A stretch of 244 nucleotides of DNA, from the NCBI RefSeq assembly GCF_003334385.1, contig NZ_QOWN01000223.1. The stretch is one strand, 5' to 3'. The number at the start of each line of letters is the position of its first letter. Positions within the stretch are counted from its first letter, which is position 1. The position numbers and the translations under genes were made by a program. The notes beneath the pieces were generated by a model, which was not told the origin of the DNA, searched no databases, and was given only the letters and a program-made list of their open reading frames with translations. This DNA is from Escherichia coli (GTDB lineage: Bacteria > Pseudomonadota > Gammaproteobacteria > Enterobacterales > Enterobacteriaceae). Positions 1 to 244 of this stretch are shown here, piece by piece.

Positions 1-134
1 CCGTATGCTTCGGTATCGCTGGCTGTTGCAGTGAAAGGAACCGCCTGCTCAATGTGCTCAAACTTCACCATGCAATTGACAGCAGTGTGATCTTTATCTG
101 CCCATTGCGGATTGCTTATTTTTTCCACATTCAT
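1..134 (-). CDS. Hypothetical protein, N-terminal fragment (5' end present, 3' end beyond window start). The 44 codons seen translate to MNVEKISNPQWADKDHTAVNCMVKFEHIEQAVPFTATASDTEAY. No family recognised.
   Basis: Reverse complement of 1-134 reads ATG AAT GTG GAA AAA ATA AGC AAT CCG CAA TGG ... GAA GCA TAC with no stop through the window edge. The ATG at 132-134 lies 6 nt downstream of an AGGAG Shine-Dalgarno. Amino-acid composition is balanced and protein-like, and codon choice is mostly common enterobacterial-type codons. The codon-aligned + strand frame is Cys/His-rich and looks like an antisense shadow. Confidence 0.7.
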   Translation of the reverse strand, partial: MNVEKISNPQWADKDHTAVNCMVKFEHIEQAVPFTATASDTEAY

Positions 135-140
135 GTTCAT

Positions 141-145
141 CTCCT
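141..145 (-). promoter_or_regulatory. Shine-Dalgarno / ribosome-binding site (AGGAG) for the downstream minus-strand CDS
   Basis: The + strand CTCCT at 141-145 is AGGAG on the minus strand. It sits 6 nt upstream of the ATG at 132-134 and directly abuts the ATG at 138-140. Confidence 0.6.
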
Positions 146-150
146 GTCTG

Positions 151-244
151 TCAGTATGCGCGCTGGAACAGCCCGATGCCTTCATTGTCATTTGTCGACG
201 TAATTTCATTACACACCATCCATGAGCCCGGAACTGAGGATAGT
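151..244 (-). CDS. Hypothetical protein, C-terminal fragment (5' end beyond window end). The 30 codons seen translate to LSSVPGSWMVCNEITSTNDNEGIGLFQRAY, then stop TGA at 151-153.
   Basis: This minus-strand frame is open from the right window edge to the TGA at 151-153 (+ strand TCA). Codon choice (CCG, GGC, CTG, CAG, CGC, ATC, GAA) looks more gene-like than the other two minus frames over the same stretch. The stop lies 16 nt upstream of the SD-preceded ATG of the next gene, a typical operon junction. The frame assignment is not unique (see findings). Confidence 0.45.
   Translation of the reverse strand, partial: LSSVPGSWMVCNEITSTNDNEGIGLFQRAY

Noticed and set aside
76-81. A perfect sigma70 -35 consensus TTGACA on the + strand
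   Set aside because: No acceptable -10 hexamer lies 16-18 bp downstream (98-105 reads CTGCCCAT), and the site is inside the minus-strand CDS. An isolated 6-mer match is expected by chance.
1-90. A + strand frame-1 open stretch ending at TGA 88-90
   Set aside because: It has only 29 codons and no start context, and it overlaps the better-supported minus-strand CDS. It is most likely a chance open frame.
101-124. A T6 run (119-124) as a possible rho-independent terminator on the + strand
   Set aside because: No GC-rich stem-loop precedes the T-run. The tract is the complement of GAA-AAA-ATA codons inside the minus-strand CDS. At six bases the homopolymer is also too short to propose slipped-strand phase variation.
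138-140. The first ATG as the translation start
   Set aside because: The AGGAG Shine-Dalgarno directly abuts this ATG with zero spacing, which is unfavourable for initiation. The ATG at 132-134 has near-optimal 6-nt spacing. This is not fully excluded (see the junction finding).
194-199. The GTCGAC palindrome (SalI site), plus the short GCGCGC at 158-163
   Set aside because: These are isolated 6-bp palindromes with no extended flanking symmetry. They are expected by chance and are not evidence of an operator or recombination site.
3-203. A 66-codon open frame on the + strand (frame 3) ending at TAA 201-203
   Set aside because: It is codon-aligned antisense to the minus-strand coding frame. 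Its translation (VCFGIAGCCSERNRLLNVLKLHHAIDSSVIFICPLRIAYFFHIHVHLLSVSMRAGTARCLHCHLST) is Cys/His/Leu-rich and low in charged residues, typical of a shadow ORF, and no SD-ATG start is evident.
1-244. Signs of a CRISPR array, tRNA or ncRNA, IS or transposon ends, or integron/att sites
   Set aside because: There are no direct repeats of 20 bp or more, no terminal inverted repeats, and no cloverleaf-compatible stem pattern. The window is explained by two protein-coding fragments and a 16-nt intergenic spacer.

Overview
This 244-bp window is almost entirely coding on the minus strand and spans a junction between two co-directional genes. Read as reverse complement, a C-terminal gene fragment (...NEGIGLFQRAY, stop TGA at + coords 151-153) is followed 16 nt later by the start of a second gene. 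That gene has an AGGAG Shine-Dalgarno at 141-145 and an ATG at 132-134, and its first 44 codons (MNVEKISNPQWADKDHTAVNCMVKFEHIEQAVPFTATASDTEAY) run off the left edge of the window. I do not recognise either product and cannot run a homology search, so both stay hypothetical. I see no RNA genes, CRISPR repeats, mobile-element ends, or convincing promoters or terminators. A window this short, with two gene fragments, cannot support any claim of a novel system; the findings are start-site and reading-frame ambiguities at the junction, all of low to moderate interest.
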